Notes: a model not told the origin generated them from the letters alone. A stretch of DNA of 64,000 nucleotides from Escherichia coli (GCF_003790525.1 NZ_CP033635.1); one strand, 5' to 3'. Numbered from the stretch's first letter, positions 17,965 through 30,515 are shown. Made by a program: numbers and translations.

Positions 17965-18918
17965 TTACAGCAGATCGCCGATCATTTTTTCCAGTTTTTC
18001 CTGGTCAACAGCAAACTTACGGATACCTTCCGCCAGTTTATCTACTGCCATTGGATCCTGGTTGTGCTGCCACAGGAACTCGGACTCAGTGATACGCGCC
18101 GGACGCGCTTTCACTTCGCCGGTGTAAGACAGTTTACGTTCGATAGCCCCTTCGCTCTCCGCCAGCTCTTTCAGCAGTGCCGGTGCGATGGTCAGACGGT
18201 CGCAGCCTGCCAGTTCCAGAATTTCGCCGATGTTACGGAAGCTTGCGCCCATAACCACGGTTTCATAACCGTGCTCTTTGTAGTACTGGTAGATTTCAGA
18301 TACAGAAACCACGCCCGGATCTTCTGCCGGAGCGTACTCTTTCTTATCGGTATTCGCTTTGTACCAGTCAAGAATACGGCCAACAAACGGCGAGATCAGG
18401 AACACGCCCGCTTCCGCACAAGCACGAGCCTGAGCAAAGGAGAACAGCAGGGTCAGGTTACAGTTGATGCCTTCTTTTTCCAGCTGTTCCGCAGCACGGA
18501 TACCCTGCCAGGTAGAAGCCAGTTTGATCAGAATACGATCGTTGCTAATCCCTGCATCGTTGTAGAGTTTGATCAGGCGTTTTGCTTTCGCAATTGACGC
18601 TTCGGTGTCATAGGAAAGACGCGCATCAACTTCAGTTGAGATACGGCCCGGAACCAGTTTCAGGATTTCCAGACCAATATTTACTGCCAGTTTGTCGGTC
18701 GCGTCCACGATCTGCTGCGCGCGATCGTTGCTCTGCTGTTTCGCCCAGGCGACAGCATCATCAATCAACTTACGGTATTCCGGAATCTGCGCTGCGTTAA
18801 GAATGAGAGAAGGGTTGGTTGTGGCATCCTGCGGTTGATACAGCTTCATTGCCGCGATGTCCCCAGTGTCGGCCACTACGGTGGTGTACTGACGAAGGGA
18901 GGTCAATTTGTCCGTCAT
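17965..18918 (-). CDS. talB: Transaldolase B
   Basis: Translation from [44 protein letters not shown]...; 317 aa (track ORF extends 21 codons upstream). Confidence 0.95.
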
Positions 18919-19196
18919 GATAGTATTTCTCTTTAAACAGCTTGTTAGGGGGATGTAACCGGTCTGCCCTGATGATATCACGACGCAACGTCAGCGCAAC
19001 CGCCGACAAGACGGTTATCGCCAGGCGAGACTGTTTCGGATTTCTGACACTGCGTTGATATCGCCCGCCATTTTTATACAAAACCTCATGTATGCTACGC
19101 AGAAGTTATCAAGTACCTCGTAGCGTATATACTTCTTAAACAATTGGTAACGTTTACACAGGAAAGTCATCGCGACCGGCAATAAGAGGGATATGC

Positions 19197-20627
19197 ATGC
19201 CAGATTTTTTCTCCTTTATTAACAGCGTCCTTTGGGGATCGGTAATGATTTACCTGCTCTTCGGCGCAGGTTGTTGGTTCACTTTTCGCACCGGATTTGT
19301 GCAGTTTCGCTACATCCGCCAGTTTGGCAAAAGTCTTAAAAATAGCATTCATCCACAGCCAGGCGGTTTAACCTCATTTCAGTCATTGTGTACCAGTCTT
19401 GCGGCGCGCGTGGGTAGCGGCAACCTGGCTGGCGTTGCGCTGGCTATTACCGCCGGTGGACCAGGTGCCGTCTTCTGGATGTGGGTTGCCGCGTTTATCG
19501 GCATGGCGACCTCGTTTGCCGAATGTTCCCTTGCACAACTTTATAAAGAACGTGACGTTAATGGGCAGTTTCGTGGCGGACCGGCATGGTATATGGCGCG
19601 CGGGCTGGGGATGCGCTGGATGGGCGTTCTGTTCGCCCTCTTTTTGCTCATCGCCTACGGCATAATTTTCAGCGGAGTTCAGGCGAACGCCGTTGCCCGA
19701 GCCCTGAGTTTTTCTTTTGATTTTCCTCCGCTGGTGACAGGCATTATTCTCGCTGTCTTTGCTCTGCTGGCAATCACTCGCGGTCTTCATGGCGTCGCCC
19801 GGCTCATGCAGGGGTTTGTCCCGTTGATGGCGATAATCTGGGTACTGACCAGCCTGGTAATTTGCGTAATGAATATCGGGCAACTTCCCCACGTCATTTG
19901 GTCTATTTTTGAGAGTGCTTTTGGCTGGCAGGAAGCGGCAGGCGGCGCGGCGGGATATACCTTAAGCCAGGCGATTACTAACGGTTTTCAGCGCAGTATG
20001 TTTTCCAATGAGGCGGGAATGGGGTCGACGCCAAACGCGGCAGCGGCAGCGGCGTCCTGGCCTCCGCATCCCGCAGCGCAAGGAATTGTCCAGATGATTG
20101 GCATTTTTATCGACACCCTGGTCATCTGTACGGCAAGCGCCATGCTGATATTACTGGCGGGTAACGGCACAACCTACATGCCGCTGGAAGGTATTCAGCT
20201 TATCCAGAAGGCGATGCGGGTGTTAATGGGTTCCTGGGGTGCTGAGTTTGTTACCCTCGTGGTTATTCTGTTTGCCTTCAGCTCCATCGTTGCCAACTAC
20301 ATTTATGCCGAAAACAATCTCTTCTTTTTACGCCTGAACAACCCTAAAGCGATCTGGTGTCTGCGGATCTGCACCTTCGCAACGGTCATCGGCGGCACCT
20401 TGCTAAGTCTTCCGCTGATGTGGCAACTGGCAGATATCATAATGGCCTGCATGGCTATTACCAATTTGACCGCCATATTACTGCTCTCGCCTGTGGTTCA
20501 TACCATTGCCAGTGATTATCTACGCCAGCGTAAACTCGGCGTGCGCCCGGTGTTTGATCCGTTGCGTTATCCGGAGATCGGTCGCCAGCTTTCTCCAGAC
20601 GCGTGGGATGACGTTTCGCAGGAGTAA
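19197..20627 (+). CDS. yaaJ: Alanine/glycine:cation symporter family transporter YaaJ
   Basis: 476-aa polytopic membrane protein; length and position match K-12 yaaJ. Confidence 0.92.
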   Translation: MPDFFSFINSVLWGSVMIYLLFGAGCWFTFRTGFVQFRYIRQFGKSLKNSIHPQPGGLTSFQSLCTSLAARVGSGNLAGVALAITAGGPGAVFWMWVAAFIGMATSFAECSLAQLYKERDVNGQFRGGPAWYMARGLGMRWMGVLFALFLLIAYGIIFSGVQANAVARALSFSFDFPPLVTGIILAVFALLAITRGLHGVARLMQGFVPLMAIIWVLTSLVICVMNIGQLPHVIWSIFESAFGWQEAAGGAAGYTLSQAITNGFQRSMFSNEAGMGSTPNAAAAAASWPPHPAAQGIVQMIGIFIDTLVICTASAMLILLAGNGTTYMPLEGIQLIQKAMRVLMGSWGAEFVTLVVILFAFSSIVANYIYAENNLFFLRLNNPKAIWCLRICTFATVIGGTLLSLPLMWQLADIIMACMAITNLTAILLLSPVVHTIASDYLRQRKLGVRPVFDPLRYPEIGRQLSPDAWDDVSQE

Positions 20628-20696
20628 TCACAACTATCGATCAACTCATTCTCTTTTTTTGCTAAAGTCGGCATAAATTTCCTGCAAGGACTGGAT

Positions 20697-21473
20697 ATGC
20701 TGATTCTTATTTCACCTGCGAAAACGCTTGATTACCAAAGCCCGTTGCCCACCACGCGCTATACGCTGCCGGAGCTGTTAGACAACTCCCAGCAGCTGAT
20801 CCATGAAGCGCGGAAACTGACGCCCCCGCAGATTAGCTCCCTGATGCGCATCAGCGACAAACTGGCGGGTATCAACGCCGCTCGCTTTCATGACTGGCAG
20901 CCAGATTTCACGTCGGAGAATGCCCGCCAGGCGATTCTGGCATTTAAAGGTGATGTCTACACCGGCTTGCAGGCCGAAACCTTCAGCGAAGACGATTTCG
21001 ATTTTGCCCAACAGCATTTGCGAATGCTTTCCGGCTTGTATGGCGTACTGCGCCCGCTCGATTTAATGCAGCCTTATCGTCTGGAAATGGGGATACGTCT
21101 TGAGAATGCCCGAGGGAAAGATCTGTATCAATTCTGGGGAGATATCATCACCAACAAGCTGAACGAGGCGCTCGCAGCACAAGGCGATAATGTGGTGATA
21201 AATCTGGCGTCAGATGAGTATTTTAAATCGGTGAAGCCGAAGAAATTGAATGCCGAGATTATCAAGCCAGTGTTCCTCGATGAGAAGAACGGCAAATTTA
21301 AGATAATCAGCTTCTACGCTAAGAAAGCACGCGGTCTGATGAGTCGTTTCATTATTGAAAATCGGCTGACCAAACCAGAGCAACTGACTGGTTTTAATAG
21401 CGAAGGTTACTTCTTTGATGAAGCTTCCTCCAGCAATGGCGAACTGGTGTTTAAACGCTACGAGCAGCGTTAA
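20697..21473 (+). CDS. yaaA: Peroxide stress protein YaaA (UPF0246)
   Basis: 258-aa [44 protein letters not shown]... Confidence 0.93.
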   Translation: MLILISPAKTLDYQSPLPTTRYTLPELLDNSQQLIHEARKLTPPQISSLMRISDKLAGINAARFHDWQPDFTSENARQAILAFKGDVYTGLQAETFSEDDFDFAQQHLRMLSGLYGVLRPLDLMQPYRLEMGIRLENARGKDLYQFWGDIITNKLNEALAAQGDNVVINLASDEYFKSVKPKKLNAEIIKPVFLDEKNGKFKIISFYAKKARGLMSRFIIENRLTKPEQLTGFNSEGYFFDEASSSNGELVFKRYEQR

Positions 21474-21512
21474 GTTTGCAGTAAATGCCGGATGGCAATC
21501 CGGCATTGATAT

Positions 21513-21809
21513 TTAGCGATGATGTTTGTCAGGCCCCGGACGATGATCGCCACGATGATCATTGTGCTTGTTATGGCGCGGCGATGGCGGCGGTCCGTGT
21601 GGGTGCCAGCGATTGCCTCGCCATTCATAATGTTGTTTCCACCAGCCGTGGTCGCGCCAGTGACCGCCATCCCAGTAATAGCCACGATTATCACGATCGC
21701 CTATCTGTAATTTTACTGACGGGACTAACGTAATTTCCGCAGCCTGTGCTGCCATGGGAGCGACCAGAACCAGGGAAAGTGCGAGTACGATAGATTGCAT
21801 CTTTTTCAC
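21513..21809 (-). CDS. yaaX: His/Trp-rich secreted small protein YaaX (DUF2502), 98 aa
   Basis: Signal peptide [23 protein letters not shown] followed by a His/Trp/Arg/Gly-rich repetitive sequence. Confidence 0.8.
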   Translation of the reverse strand: MKKMQSIVLALSLVLVAPMAAQAAEITLVPSVKLQIGDRDNRGYYWDGGHWRDHGWWKQHYEWRGNRWHPHGPPPSPRHNKHNDHRGDHRPGPDKHHR

Positions 21810-21963
21810 AGGTTACTCCTTTTATCATTGCCCGTTATGGGTCGATATCCGGAGATTACGCGATGAGAACGGCAGTTGTTATTCTCCGCAATCCTAATCT
21901 CTAAGTTACCGCATTTATTGAGAATTTCTCCTTTTTCCCTGTCGTTTTTCTCCATATTTTCTT

Positions 21964-22002
21964 CATAAAAAAGCCGGGCTGCATAAAAGCAAACCCGGCC
22001 TG
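21964..22002 (-). terminator. thrC intrinsic terminator
   Basis: Minus strand: ggccgggtttgcttttatgcagcccggc hairpin followed by TTTTTTATG. Confidence 0.6.
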
Positions 22003-22022
22003 ATTGAGATAATGAATAGATG

Positions 22023-23309
22023 TTACTGATGATTCATCATCAATTTACGCAACGCAGCAAAATCGGCGGGCAGGTTATGCGAAAGCAAGGGTAAATCAGC
22101 ACGTTCTGCCAGCTCTTTTGGCAGATCCAATGTTTCACCGAGAATCGCTTCCACGCTCTCTTTAAATTTCGCCGGATGCGCGGTGCCGAGGAACAAGCCA
22201 TATTCGCCTGGATGCAACTGGTCACGCAGCGCACGATAAGCTACGGCAGCGTGCGGCTCCGAGGTATAGCCCAGTTCTTTTAACTCACGCATTGTCTGTT
22301 GCGTGGTTTCATCATCCACGGCTGCATACCCCAGCTCTTTCAGTTGCCAGATTTTGCGGCGGAACAACTCTTCCACACGCGGCCAGTTGTTTGGCTGGCT
22401 AACATCCATCGCATTGGATAACGTCGCCTGAGTCGCTTTGGGTGACCACTGACCGTCGTGCAGGAAACGTGGCACGGTATCGTTCACGTTGGTCGCAGCA
22501 ATAAAACGTTTCACCGGCAGACCGAGTGACTTCGCCAGCAGACCCGCCGTCAAATCGCCGAAGTTTCCGCTTGGCACCGAGACAACCAGCTGGTTGCGCG
22601 CTTCCTGCGGCAGCTGCGCAACAGCTTCAAAGTAGTAGCAAATCTGCGCCAGCAAACGGCTGATGTTAATGGAGTTAGCAGAGTTTAGCCCCAGCGCCAC
22701 TTTCAGTTCTTCATCATCAAACGCCTGCTTCACCAGCGCCTGACAGGCATCGAAATCGCCGTCGATGGCAACAGTTTCGATATTGCCGCCCAATGTACAG
22801 AACAGTTTTTCTTGCAGTGGACTGATTTTGCCTCGTGGATAGAGGATAACCACTTTCACATTCGGTAAACCGTAGAAAGCATGAGCCACTGCCGCTCCAG
22901 TATCACCAGATGTCGCGGTCAGAATGGTCACTGGCTTATCGCCCGCAATATGGGTCAGCATTTGTGCCATAAAGCGACCGCCGAAATCTTTAAATGCCAG
23001 CGTTGGCCCGTGAAACAATTCCAGACAACCGACATCGCTTTCAACATTGGCGACCGGAGCCGGGAAGGCAAACGCCGCGCGTACGCGCTCTTCCAGGATT
23101 TCCTGCGGGATTTCATCACCAATAAACGCCGAGAGGATCTTCGCACTGCGGGTGACAAAATCCAGCTTCAGCATCTCATCAATTTCAGTCAGGCTGAATT
23201 CCGGCAGGTCGTGCGGGAAAAACAGCCCCTGATTTTTGCCCAACCCCTGGGTTACGGCTTGCGCAAAGCTGACCTGCTCATTGTGATCTTTCAGATTGTA
23301 GAGTTTCAT
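22023..23309 (-). CDS. thrC: Threonine synthase
   Basis: 428-aa translation MKLYNLKDHNEQVSFAQAVTQGLGKNQGLFFPHDLPEF... Confidence 0.97.
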   Translation of the reverse strand: MKLYNLKDHNEQVSFAQAVTQGLGKNQGLFFPHDLPEFSLTEIDEMLKLDFVTRSAKILSAFIGDEIPQEILEERVRAAFAFPAPVANVESDVGCLELFHGPTLAFKDFGGRFMAQMLTHIAGDKPVTILTATSGDTGAAVAHAFYGLPNVKVVILYPRGKISPLQEKLFCTLGGNIETVAIDGDFDACQALVKQAFDDEELKVALGLNSANSINISRLLAQICYYFEAVAQLPQEARNQLVVSVPSGNFGDLTAGLLAKSLGLPVKRFIAATNVNDTVPRFLHDGQWSPKATQATLSNAMDVSQPNNWPRVEELFRRKIWQLKELGYAAVDDETTQQTMRELKELGYTSEPHAAVAYRALRDQLHPGEYGLFLGTAHPAKFKESVEAILGETLDLPKELAERADLPLLSHNLPADFAALRKLMMNHQ

Positions 23310-24242
23310 TTAGTTTTCCAGTACTCGTGCGCCCGCCGTATCCAGCTGGCAAATATGAACAAAACCTTCCTGATTTTGCAGGTAGTTCTTACCCAACCAG
23401 TCGGCAACGCGCTGGGCGGTTTCCGGCTTGTCACACAGAGCGAACAAGGTCGGGCCGGAGCCGGAGATACCGCTCGCTACCGCGCCGATTTCCGCGACCG
23501 CCTGCCGCGCCTGCCGGAAGCCTGGCAGTAACCGTTCACGGTAGGGTTCAGCGATAACATCTTTCATCAGCTTCGCGGCAAGCTCAGGCTGACGGGAATA
23601 GCAGGCGTGAATGAAGCCTGCCAGATGTCGCCCGTGCGCAATGCAATCCTGGCGGCGATACTGCGCCGGTAAAATAGCCCGGGCTTCTGCCGTCGAGACT
23701 TTAATCCCCGGATACGCCAGCACCCACAGCCACTCATCAAACCCTGGCACTTGCTGACTGATGATGTCGTTTTCTTCGATCATCAACTGCATACCACCAA
23801 GAAAACACGGTGCCACGTTGTCGTAATGAATGCTGCCGGAGATACGGCCTTCCAGCTCGCCCATCAAAGCCAGCAAACGAGTGTCATTAAGCGGCTTGCC
23901 GCAGTGTTCATTCATCGCCATCAGCGCCGCGACCACCGAACAGGCACTGGAGCCTAAGCCCGAACCGATCGGCATATTCTTTTCCAGGGTCATCGCCACT
24001 GGAATTTGCTTACCCAGTTCCTGGCAAAAACGCTCCCAGCACTGATAAACGATATTTTCCCGTGGTTCTGACGGCAGCTTATCGGCAAAGCGTCCGAGGT
24101 TGTTGAGACTGAATGTCTCTGCCGCCTCAACCGTGACTACATCTCCGAGCAATGCACCATCAACAGGTGTCACCGCCGCCCCGAGCACATCAAACCCGAC
24201 GCTCATATTGGCACTGGAAGCCGGGGCATAAACTTTAACCAT
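23310..24242 (-). CDS. thrB: Homoserine kinase
   Basis: 310-aa translation [44 protein letters not shown]... Confidence 0.97.
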   Translation of the reverse strand: MVKVYAPASSANMSVGFDVLGAAVTPVDGALLGDVVTVEAAETFSLNNLGRFADKLPSEPRENIVYQCWERFCQELGKQIPVAMTLEKNMPIGSGLGSSACSVVAALMAMNEHCGKPLNDTRLLALMGELEGRISGSIHYDNVAPCFLGGMQLMIEENDIISQQVPGFDEWLWVLAYPGIKVSTAEARAILPAQYRRQDCIAHGRHLAGFIHACYSRQPELAAKLMKDVIAEPYRERLLPGFRQARQAVAEIGAVASGISGSGPTLFALCDKPETAQRVADWLGKNYLQNQEGFVHICQLDTAGARVLEN

Positions 24243-24243
24243 G

Positions 24244-26706
24244 TCAGACTCCTAACTTCCATGAGAGGGTACGTAGCAGATCGGCAAAGACACCAGCAGC
24301 TGTAACGTCATTGCCCGCGCCATATCCGCGCAGAACCAACGGCAGCGGCTGATAATAGTGGCTATAGAAGGCCAGGGCGTTTTCGCCATTTTTCACTTTG
24401 AACAGCGGATCATTGCCATCCACTTCGGCAATCTTCACGCGGCAGATGCCATCTTCATCAATATTGCCAACATAGCGCAAAACTTTGCCCTCATCACGAG
24501 CCTTCGCCACGCGTGCGGCAAAGAGATCGTCGAGCTGTGACAGATTCGCCATAAAAGCGGCAACATCACCCTCTGCGTTAAACTCTGCGGGCAGCACAGG
24601 TTCAATTTCAATATCCGCCAGTTCCAGTTCACGTCCCGTTTCACGGGCGAGAATCAATAGCTTACGCGCCACATCCATACCAGAAAGATCATCTCGCGGG
24701 TCCGGTTCGGTATAACCCATTTCCCGCGCCAGCGTGGTCGCCTCGGAGAAACTCATGCCTTCGTCTAACTTGCCGAAGATATAAGAAAGCGAACCAGAAA
24801 GAATGCCGGAGAACTTCATCAATTCATCACCTGCATTGAGCAGATTTTGCAGGTTCTCAATAACCGGTAATCCAGCCCCAACGTTGGTGTCATAGAGGAA
24901 TTTACGCCGCGATTTTTCCGCCGCATAACGCAACTGATGGTAGTAATCCATCGACGAGGTGTTGGCCTTTTTGTTCGGCGTGACAACGTGGAAACCTTCG
25001 CGCAGGAAGTCGGCATATTGATCCGCCACTGCCTGGCTGGAAGTGCAGTCAACAATGACCGGGTTCAGCAGATGATATTCTTTCACGAGGCGAATTAAGC
25101 GCCCGAGATTAAACGGCTCTTTGGCTTGCGCCAGTTCTTCCTGCCAGTTTTCCAGATTAAGGCCATGTACATTGGTGAGCAGTGCCTTCGAGTTGGCAAC
25201 ACCGCAGACACGTAAGTCGATATGTTTATTCTTCAACCAGCTTTGCTGACGCTTCAGTTGCTCCAGCAGCGCACCGCCAACGCCACCGACACCAATCACA
25301 AACACTTCGATAACCTGATCGGTGTTGAACAGCATCTGATGAGTAACGCGCACGCCAGTGGTCGCATCATCGTTATTGACCACGACAGAGATTGAGCGTT
25401 CAGAAGATCCCTGAGCAATGGCGACAATGTTGATATTGGCGCGGGCCAGCGCGGCAAAGAATTTCGCCGAGATCCCACGCAAGGTGCGCATACCATCACC
25501 TACCACCGAGATAATGGCCAGCCGTTCCGTCACCGCCAGCGGCTCCAGCAAGCCTTCCTTCAGTTCAAGATAGAACTCTTCCTGCATCGCCCGTTCAGCT
25601 CGCACACAGTCGCTTTGTGGAACGCAGAAACTGATACTGTATTCAGAAGACGATTGCGTAATCAGCACCACGGAAATACGGGCGCGTGACATCGCTGCAA
25701 AGACACGCGCCGCCATGCCAACCATCCCTTTCATCCCCGGGCCGGAAACGCTGAACATTGCCATGTTATTCAGATTGGAAATGCCCTTGACCGGTAATTC
25801 GTCTTCATCACGGCTGGCACCAATGAGCGTACCTGGTGCTTGAGGATTTCCGGTATTTTTAATCAGGCAAGGGATCTGGAACTGGGCGATAGGGGTAATT
25901 GTGCGGGGGTGAAGAACTTTAGCGCCGAAGTAGGAAAGCTCCATCGCTTCCTGGTAGGACATCGACTTCAACAACCTCGCATCGGGCACCTGACGCGGGT
26001 CGCAGGTATAGACCCCGTCAACGTCCGTCCAAATCTCGCAACAATCGGCGCGTAGACAGGCAGCCAGCACCGCAGCAGAGTAGTCGGAACCGTTGCGTCC
26101 AAGCACCACCAGTTCGCCTTTTTCATTACCGGCGGTGAAACCTGCCATCAGCACCATGTGATCAGCCGGAATACGACTTGCCGCAATACGGCGGGTGGAC
26201 TCAGCAATATCGACGGTAGATTCGAGGTAATGCCCCACTGCCAGCAGTTTTTCGACCGGATCGATAACGGTAACGTTGTGACCGCGCGCTTCTAATACGC
26301 CGGCCATAATGGCGATCGACATTTTCTCGCCACGGCAAATCAGCGCAGCGTTGATGCTATCCGGGCACTGCCCCAACAAACTAATGCCATGCAGGACATG
26401 TTTTATTTGGGCAAATTCCTGATCGACGAAAGTTTTCAATTGCGCCAGCGGGAACCCCGGCTGGGCGGCGGCGAGTCCCGTCAAAAGTTCGGCAAAAATA
26501 CGTTCGGCATCGCTGATATTGGGTAAAGCATCCTGGCCGCTAATGGTTTTTTCAATCATCGCCACCAGGTGGTTGGTGATTTTGGCGGGGGCAGAGAGGA
26601 CGGTGGCCACCTGCCCCTGCCTGGCATTGCTTTCCAGAATATCGGCAACCCGCAGAAAACGTTCTGCATTTGCCACTGATGTACCGCCGAACTTCAACAC
26701 TCGCAT
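24244..26706 (-). CDS. thrA: Bifunctional aspartokinase I / homoserine dehydrogenase I
   Basis: 820-aa translation [45 protein letters not shown]... Confidence 0.97.
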   Translation of the reverse strand: MRVLKFGGTSVANAERFLRVADILESNARQGQVATVLSAPAKITNHLVAMIEKTISGQDALPNISDAERIFAELLTGLAAAQPGFPLAQLKTFVDQEFAQIKHVLHGISLLGQCPDSINAALICRGEKMSIAIMAGVLEARGHNVTVIDPVEKLLAVGHYLESTVDIAESTRRIAASRIPADHMVLMAGFTAGNEKGELVVLGRNGSDYSAAVLAACLRADCCEIWTDVDGVYTCDPRQVPDARLLKSMSYQEAMELSYFGAKVLHPRTITPIAQFQIPCLIKNTGNPQAPGTLIGASRDEDELPVKGISNLNNMAMFSVSGPGMKGMVGMAARVFAAMSRARISVVLITQSSSEYSISFCVPQSDCVRAERAMQEEFYLELKEGLLEPLAVTERLAIISVVGDGMRTLRGISAKFFAALARANINIVAIAQGSSERSISVVVNNDDATTGVRVTHQMLFNTDQVIEVFVIGVGGVGGALLEQLKRQQSWLKNKHIDLRVCGVANSKALLTNVHGLNLENWQEELAQAKEPFNLGRLIRLVKEYHLLNPVIVDCTSSQAVADQYADFLREGFHVVTPNKKANTSSMDYYHQLRYAAEKSRRKFLYDTNVGAGLPVIENLQNLLNAGDELMKFSGILSGSLSYIFGKLDEGMSFSEATTLAREMGYTEPDPRDDLSGMDVARKLLILARETGRELELADIEIEPVLPAEFNAEGDVAAFMANLSQLDDLFAARVAKARDEGKVLRYVGNIDEDGICRVKIAEVDGNDPLFKVKNGENALAFYSHYYQPLPLVLRGYGAGNDVTAAGVFADLLRTLSWKLGV

Positions 26707-26732
26707 GGTTGTTACCTCGTTACCTTTGGTCG

Positions 26733-26770
26733 AAAAAAAAAGCCCGCACTGTCAGGTGCGGGCTTTTTTC
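26733..26770 (-). terminator. thr operon attenuator terminator
   Basis: Minus strand: agcccgcacctgacagtgcgggct hairpin followed by 8 U, between thrL and thrA. Confidence 0.8.
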
Positions 26771-26787
26771 TGTGTTTCCTGTACGCG

Positions 26788-26856
<69 letters not shown>

Positions 26857-27066
26857 TGTTGTGTACTCTGTAATTTTTATCTGTCTGTGCGCTATGCCTA
26901 TATTGGTTAAAGTATTTAGTGACCTAAGTCAATAAAATTTTAATTTACTCACGGCATGTAACCAGTTCAGAAGCTGCTATCAGACACTCTTTTTTTAATC
27001 CACACAGAGACATATTGCCCGTTGCAGTCAGAATGAAAAGCTGAAAAATACTTACAAAGGCGTTTT

Positions 27067-27753
27067 TTATTTGGTGATATTTTTTTCAATATCATGCAGC
27101 AAACGGTGCAACATTGCCGTGTCTCGTTGCTCTAAAAGCCCCAGGCGTTGTTGTAACCAGTCGACCAGTTTTATGTCATCTGCCACTGCCAGAGTCGTCA
27201 GCAATGTCATGGCTCGTTCGCGTAAAGCTTGCAGTTGATGTTGGTCTGCCGTTGCATCACTTTTCGCCGGTTGTTGTATTAATGTTGCTAATTGATAGCA
27301 ATAGACCATCACCGCCTGCCCCAGATTGAGCGAAGGATAATCCGCCACCATCGGCACACCAGTAAGAACGTCAGCCAACGCTAACTCTTCGTTAGTCAAC
27401 CCGGAATCTTCGCGACCAAACACCAGCGCGGCATGGCTCATCCATGAAGATTTTTCCTCTAACAGCGGCACCAGTTCAACTGGCGTGGCGTAGTAATGAT
27501 ATTTCGCCCGACTGCGCGCAGTGGTGGCGACAGTGAAATCGACATCGTGTAACGATTCAGCCAGTGTCGGGAAAACTTTAATATTATCAATAATATCACT
27601 AGATCCATGTGCGACCCAGCGGGTGGCTGGCTCCAGGTGTGCCTGACTATCGACAATCCGCAGATCGCTAAACCCCATCGTTTTCATTGCCCGCGCCGCT
27701 GCCCCAATATTTTCTGCTCTGGCGGGTGCGACCAGAATAATCGTTATACGCAT
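27067..27753 (-). CDS. yjtD: SpoU-family tRNA/rRNA methyltransferase YjtD (LasT)
   Basis: Translation from MRITIILVAPARAENIGAAARAMKTMGFSDLRIVDSQAHLEPATRWVAHGS...; 228 aa. Confidence 0.85.
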   Translation of the reverse strand: MRITIILVAPARAENIGAAARAMKTMGFSDLRIVDSQAHLEPATRWVAHGSSDIIDNIKVFPTLAESLHDVDFTVATTARSRAKYHYYATPVELVPLLEEKSSWMSHAALVFGREDSGLTNEELALADVLTGVPMVADYPSLNLGQAVMVYCYQLATLIQQPAKSDATADQHQLQALRERAMTLLTTLAVADDIKLVDWLQQRLGLLEQRDTAMLHRLLHDIEKNITK

Positions 27754-28151
27754 ATTGCCACTCTTCTTGATCAAATAACCGCGAACCGGGTGATCACTGT
27801 CAACTTATTACGCGGTGCGAATTTACAAATTCTTAACGTAAGTCGCAGAAAAAGCCCTTTACTTAGCTTAAAAAAGGCTAAACTATTTCCTGACTGTACT
27901 AACGGTTGAATTGTTAAAAAATGCTACATATCCTTCTGTTTACTTAGGATAATTTTATAAAAAATAAATCTCGACAATTGGATTCACCACGTTTATTAGT
28001 TGTATGATGCAACTAGTTGGATTATTAAAATAATGTGACGAAAGCTAGCATTTAGATACGATGATTTCATCAAACTGTTAACGTGCTACAATTGAACTTG
28101 ATATATGTCAACGAAGCGTAGTTTTATTGGGTGTCCGGCCCTCTTAGCCTG

Positions 28152-28292
28152 TTATGTTGCTGTTAAAATGGTTAGGATGACAGCCGTTTTTGACACTGTC
28201 GGGTCCTGAGGGAAAGTACCCACGACCAAGCTAATGATGTTGTTGACGTTGATGGAAAGTGCATCAAGAACGCAATTACGTACTTTAGTCAT
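28152..28292 (-). CDS. yjjY: Small protein YjjY (46 aa)
   Basis: Minus-strand ORF translating to MTKVRNCVLDALSINVNNIISLVVGTFPQDPTVSKTAVILTILTAT; divergent from arcA; too short for the ORF track. Confidence 0.55.
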   Translation of the reverse strand: MTKVRNCVLDALSINVNNIISLVVGTFPQDPTVSKTAVILTILTAT

Positions 28293-28387
28293 GTTACGCC
28301 GATCATGTTAATTTGCAGCATGCATCAGGCAGGTCAGGGACTTTTGTACTTCCTGTTTCGATTTAGTTGGCAATTTAGGTAGCAAAC

Positions 28388-29104
28388 ATGCAGACCCCGC
28401 ACATTCTTATCGTTGAAGACGAGTTGGTAACACGCAACACGTTGAAAAGTATTTTCGAAGCGGAAGGCTATGATGTTTTCGAAGCGACAGATGGCGCGGA
28501 AATGCATCAGATCCTCTCTGAATATGACATCAACCTGGTGATCATGGATATCAATCTGCCGGGTAAGAACGGTCTTCTGTTAGCGCGTGAACTGCGCGAG
28601 CAGGCGAATGTTGCGTTGATGTTCCTGACTGGCCGTGACAACGAAGTCGATAAAATTCTCGGCCTCGAAATCGGTGCAGATGACTACATCACCAAACCGT
28701 TCAACCCGCGTGAACTGACGATTCGTGCACGCAACCTGCTGTCCCGTACCATGAATCTGGGTACTGTCAGCGAAGAACGTCGTAGCGTTGAAAGCTACAA
28801 GTTCAATGGTTGGGAACTGGACATCAACAGCCGTTCGTTGATCGGCCCTGATGGCGAGCAGTACAAGCTGCCGCGCAGTGAGTTCCGCGCCATGCTTCAC
28901 TTCTGTGAAAACCCAGGCAAAATTCAGTCCCGTGCTGAACTGCTGAAGAAAATGACCGGCCGTGAGCTGAAACCGCACGACCGTACTGTAGACGTGACGA
29001 TCCGCCGTATTCGTAAACATTTCGAATCTACGCCGGATACGCCGGAAATCATCGCCACCATTCACGGTGAAGGTTATCGCTTCTGCGGTGATCTGGAAGA
29101 TTAA
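28388..29104 (+). CDS. arcA: Aerobic respiration control response regulator ArcA
   Basis: 238-aa translation [71 protein letters not shown]... Confidence 0.97.
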
Positions 29105-29121
29105 TCGGCTTTACCACCGTC

Positions 29122-29157
29122 AAAAAAACGGCGCTTTTTAGCGCCGTTTTTATTTTT
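29122..29157. terminator. Bidirectional intrinsic terminator between arcA and creD
   Basis: A7-cggcgc(ttttta)gcgccg-T run, symmetric, between convergent genes. Confidence 0.6.
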
Positions 29158-29162
29158 CAACC

Positions 29163-30515
29163 TTATTTCCAGATACGTAATTCATCGTCCGTTGTAACTT
29201 CTTTACTGGCTTTCATTTTCGGCAGTGAAAACGCATACCAGTCGATATTACGGGTCACAAACATCATGCCGGCCAGCGCCACCACCAGCACACTGGTTCC
29301 CAACAACAGCGCGCTATCGGCAGAGTTGAGCAGTCCCCACATCACACCATCCAGCAACAACAGCGCGAGGGTAAACAACATGCTGTTGCGCCAACCTTTC
29401 AATACCGCCTGCAAATAAATACCGTTCATTAACGCCCCAATCAGACTGGCGATTATCCATGCCACGGTAAAACCGGTATGTTCAGAAAGCGCCAGCAAGA
29501 GCAAATAAAACATCACCAATGAAAGCCCCACCAGCAAATATTGCATTGGGTGTAAGCGTTGCGCGGTGAGCGTTTCAAAAACAAAGAACGCCATAAAAGT
29601 CAGCGCAATCAGCAGAATGGCATACTTAGTCGCCCGGTCAGTTAATTGGTATTGATCGGCTGGCGTCGTCACTGCGACGCTAAACGCCGGGAAGTTTTCC
29701 CAGCCGGTATCATTGCCTGAAGCAAAACGCTCACCGAGATTATTAGCAAACCAGCTGCTTTGCCATTGCGCCTGAAAACCTGACTCACTAACTTCCCGTT
29801 TGGCTGGTAGAAAATCACCTAAAAAACTGGGATGCGGCCAGTTGCTGGTTAAGGTCATTTCGCTATTACGCCCGGCAGGCACCACAGAAAGATCGCCGGT
29901 ACCGCTTAAATTCAGTGCCATATTCAGCTTCAGGTTCTGCTTCCGCCAGTCCCCTTCGGGTAAAGGGATATGCACGCCCTGCCCGCCTTGCTCTAACCCG
30001 GTGCCGGGTTCAATGGTCAGCGCCGTTCCGTTAACTTCAGGCGCTTTCACCACACCAATACCACGCGCATCCCCGACGCTAATCACAATAAATGGCTTGC
30101 CAAAGGTGATATTTGGCGCGTCGAGTTCGCTAAGACGCGAAACATCGAAATCGGCTTTTAGCGTTAAATCACTGTGCCAGACCTGACCGGTATAAATCCC
30201 TATCTTGCGTTCTTCCACGTTCTGATTGCCATCAACCATCAATGACTCAGGTAACCAAAAATGGATAAAACTTCGTTTCCGCTCCACGGTTTTATCCTCT
30301 TCCTGCACCGTATAAAGCTCGGTCACAGGAATAGCGATGAGCGGCCCAACGAGTTTTTGCGGCCCGCTGGTACTTTGGCGAATCGCATCTTCCACATCGC
30401 TACGGTAATCGGCACGTTCGACAATCACCTGCCGAATCAGCATTATCGGAATCAACAACAGCAATACGGCACCAAACAGGGTGGTCATTTTCCAGAACAG
30501 GGGGGATTTCAACAT
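29163..30515 (-). CDS. creD: Inner membrane protein CreD
   Basis: 450-aa membrane protein MLKSPLFWKMTTLFGAVLLLLIPIMLIRQVIVERADYRSDVED... Confidence 0.93.
   Translation of the reverse strand: MLKSPLFWKMTTLFGAVLLLLIPIMLIRQVIVERADYRSDVEDAIRQSTSGPQKLVGPLIAIPVTELYTVQEEDKTVERKRSFIHFWLPESLMVDGNQNVEERKIGIYTGQVWHSDLTLKADFDVSRLSELDAPNITFGKPFIVISVGDARGIGVVKAPEVNGTALTIEPGTGLEQGGQGVHIPLPEGDWRKQNLKLNMALNLSGTGDLSVVPAGRNSEMTLTSNWPHPSFLGDFLPAKREVSESGFQAQWQSSWFANNLGERFASGNDTGWENFPAFSVAVTTPADQYQLTDRATKYAILLIALTFMAFFVFETLTAQRLHPMQYLLVGLSLVMFYLLLLALSEHTGFTVAWIIASLIGALMNGIYLQAVLKGWRNSMLFTLALLLLDGVMWGLLNSADSALLLGTSVLVVALAGMMFVTRNIDWYAFSLPKMKASKEVTTDDELRIWK

Noticed and set aside
21484-21507. Hairpin aatgccgga(tggcaa)tccggcatt between yaaA and yaaX
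   Set aside because: Probably a simple bidirectional terminator or REP-like palindrome between convergent genes; no flanking T tract, so not called as a feature.
21470-21733. Short His-rich ORFs on both strands overlapping yaaX
   Set aside because: They arise from the repetitive His/Trp/Arg codon composition of yaaX itself; the 98-aa signal-peptide-bearing yaaX frame explains the region.
27754-28387. Long (~630 bp) non-coding region upstream of arcA, considered as a possible hidden gene or sRNA
   Set aside because: It contains the known small gene yjjY, and long multi-promoter 5' regions are expected for arcA; no additional ORF with an RBS or conserved structure was evident.
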